Assembly: GCA_963664405.1 (NCBI GenBank)
Contig: OY761158.1
Location: 1-64,000 of the forward strand
Direction of reading: 5' to 3'
DNA length: 64,000 nt
Origin: Thermoanaerobaculia bacterium
GTDB lineage: Bacteria > Acidobacteriota > Thermoanaerobaculia > Multivoradales > Multivoraceae
Part shown: one piece after another, positions 62,028-64,000 of the stretch
Layout of the letters: every line of letters begins with the position of its first letter
Position numbering within the stretch: position 1 is the first letter of the stretch
Position numbers and translations under genes: made by a program
Notes under the pieces: generated by a model
Databases searched by the model: none
The model's input: the letters and a program-made list of their open reading frames with translations, nothing else
Told to the model about the DNA's origin: nothing

Positions 62028-63565
62028 TCAGAGGTCGAGGCTAGCGGCTCCCCAGACCCTCGGCACCAGGGCCTCCACTGCGACGACCAGGCGCTCGACT
62101 CCGCTGGGCACCTCGATCTGTACCTCACGGACCCAAGCGCCGCCCTCCCCGAGAGCCCCGGCGGACACTACCTGGTGACCCACCCAGGCGGCCTGGCCTT
62201 CGTTTCGGTATCCAAGAGATATCCGTATCGCCGCGTCGTGGACAATCTCGGAAACATCCCCCCAAGCCGTCTTCAAAGTCAGCACTGCGACCCCGTCGAC
62301 GCCCGCTTCAACACTGGCTTCGATCGCTTGTGTTCCGGGCTCGCCGCTACCCTCGAGCAGCCCTCTCAGACGGGCTCCGGCTACCTGCTGCGGAGTCGAC
62401 GAGCGTACCCAGAGAGGGGCCCTGAGAACCGAAGAATCACGCAGAGTGCGTACCTCCACGGGACGTACCCGACCGTCCAGAGCACGGTCGGTGAGGAAAT
62501 AGATACGCCACAGGTCTTCGAGGCGGGTGATGTCCCTCTCGAACTGCGACACCACACGCACGACGCTGCCGGCAGTACCTTCGGCGAGGCGGCGCAGCGG
62601 CTGCAGTATGGGCAGGACACTTACCTCGAGCGCCTCGAGAGGCAGCTTCGGTGGCTTCGCCGTTCCCTTCGGCACCATCTGAACCCCGCCGGTGAGATCG
62701 ATGAAGCGGTCGAAGTCACTCGACGCGAGCTCCTTGACACTGGTATCCAGTTCGCCTTCTCGCAGCGGCAAAGCCAGCGAGATCCACTCGTAGGCGGCCA
62801 TCGTGATGGCCAGGTCGAACGAAGCGACCAGGGCTGGGCTAGGGGCCCCCGCCTCAGTCTGGACCCGCTCTTTGCCCAGGTAGTGGTTCCTGGGGTCCTC
62901 GAAGAAGCCGTCGCTGACCAGGAGAAGAGCACAAGGAGCACCATCGCAACCTTGCGCCCCCATCCGGATCAGGTGGTCGACCTGGGTTCGCACCAGCTCT
63001 TCCTCTGCCCGCAGGTAAGTCTCACGGCGAGGGTCGGTGAGAGCGAGGTCGCCGCCCCGAGTCTTGAACTCTTTGCGCTTAGCCTGCAGCAGATCGGCCT
63101 CGATCTCTCTTGCCGCCAGCTCCGTGAGCGCTGCCGTAAGCAGCTTGTGATCACGGCTCGGGCCGAAGAGCAGGTTCGGGCTCGGATCGGCCAGCACGAC
63201 CTCGACAGGGCCGAGATCACAGAGGAACTCGGCCATTCCCCCGAGCTCGAGGCTGCTCAGTCTGATTGTGCGACCGCGCGAGAGGGCGGCATCGAAGTAG
63301 ATGACGATACGCCAGTCGCCGGCTGTCCGGAGGCGTTGAAGATTGGTGACAGTTCGAGGAGCGCCGCCCTCGAAGACGAGAAGATCTTGCGCCTCGGCTC
63401 GCCTGAGCTCTCGCGCTCCCAACCTCCCGAGATCGACCACCAGCTGAGATTCGAAAACCGTGATCTCCTCGGCAGCCGCATCCGTCTCTGGCTGCGCCGC
63501 AACGCCTACAGCGAGGGGTGGAGCGACCAGGCAGAGGAGGGTGGCGCTCAGGGCAAGCCGCAACA
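62028..63565 (-). CDS. Secreted VWA-like hypothetical protein
   Basis: Signal peptide MLRLALSATLL, IVIYFD, LLLVSDGF; the ORF-track 5' extension runs through the tRNAs and is spurious. Confidence 0.65.
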
Positions 63566-63594
63566 TCTTTCCAGTGCGAGACAAGAAGAAAGCT

Positions 63595-63669
63595 TGGAGG
63601 CGACGCCCGGATTCGAACCGGGGAATAAGGGTTTTGCAGACCCTCGCCTTACCACTTGGCCACGTCGCC
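63595..63669 (-). tRNA. tRNA-Cys(GCA)
   Basis: GGCGACGTGGCCAAGTGGTAAGGCGAGGGTCTGCAAAACCC..GGTTCGAATCCGGGCGTCGCCTCCA cloverleaf. Confidence 0.97.
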
Positions 63670-63712
63670 GCTGAACCAGGAGGACCGCTCGAGCGTTGAA
63701 GAACGGACGTTT

Positions 63713-63787
63713 TGGAGCGGGAAACGGGATTTGAACCCGCGACCCCAACCTTGGCAAGGTTGTGCTCTACCACTGAGCTATTCCCGC
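63713..63787 (-). tRNA. tRNA-Gly(GCC)
   Basis: GCGGGAATAGCTCAGTGGTAGAGCACAACCTTGCCAAGGTTG..GGTTCAAATCCCGTTTCCCGCTCCA. Confidence 0.97.
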
Positions 63788-63843
63788 TCACCAGTGCCCT
63801 TGCACTAGCGGCCTGAGAGGATATCTCCGGCTTCGTTCAGGAG

Positions 63844-64000
63844 TCAAACCTGAAAACTCTCTTCGGCCTCGAAGGCCGCTTGAATGTGATCGAAGCTCCA
63901 GCTCTCGCCCGCGCGCTCGAGGCCGAGAACATCGAATCGAACCTCCACCTCCACCAGCCCACGCTGGGCCAGATAGAGCGCGGCTGCCCGAGCCAGGCGT
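63844..64000 (-). CDS. C-terminus of a YraN (UPF0102) family protein, partial
   Basis: RLARAAALYL..VRFDVLGL..HIQAAF. Confidence 0.7.
   Translation of the reverse strand, partial: RLARAAALYLAQRGLVEVEVRFDVLGLERAGESWSFDHIQAAFEAEESFQV

Overview
High-GC bacterial DNA. The gene repertoire suggests Acidobacteriota, but that is inference only. Three zones: (1) 1-17.5 kb is a mosaic of intact genes and truncated fragments, joined in part at IS91/ISCR-like oriIS junctions. (2) 17.4-41.4 kb is a co-oriented array of seven paralogous eukaryote-like Ser/Thr kinase genes (one truncated, one frameshifted) plus an orphan kinase C-terminal tail, with a few passenger genes. It is punctuated by 13 same-orientation copies of a 27-bp dyad, TGTCG-N5-CRCC-N8-CGACA. 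CACC-core sites lie upstream of kinase promoters and CGCC-core sites lie just after stop codons. Three CACC/CGCC pairs are exactly 39 bp apart, and left and right arms are reassorted between sites. The best reading is a candidate undescribed site-specific-recombination gene-cassette system for kinase receptors; no cognate recombinase is proven. Two inverted 2597-bp integrase+IS91-transposase elements sit next to these sites, and a 3' tRNA-Leu remnant at 44.4 kb probably marks an island boundary. (3) 44.5-64 kb holds c-di-GMP genes (one split by nested IS30/IS3), a four-ORF IS21-family element, secreted proteins, tRNA-Cys, tRNA-Gly and a partial yraN-like gene.
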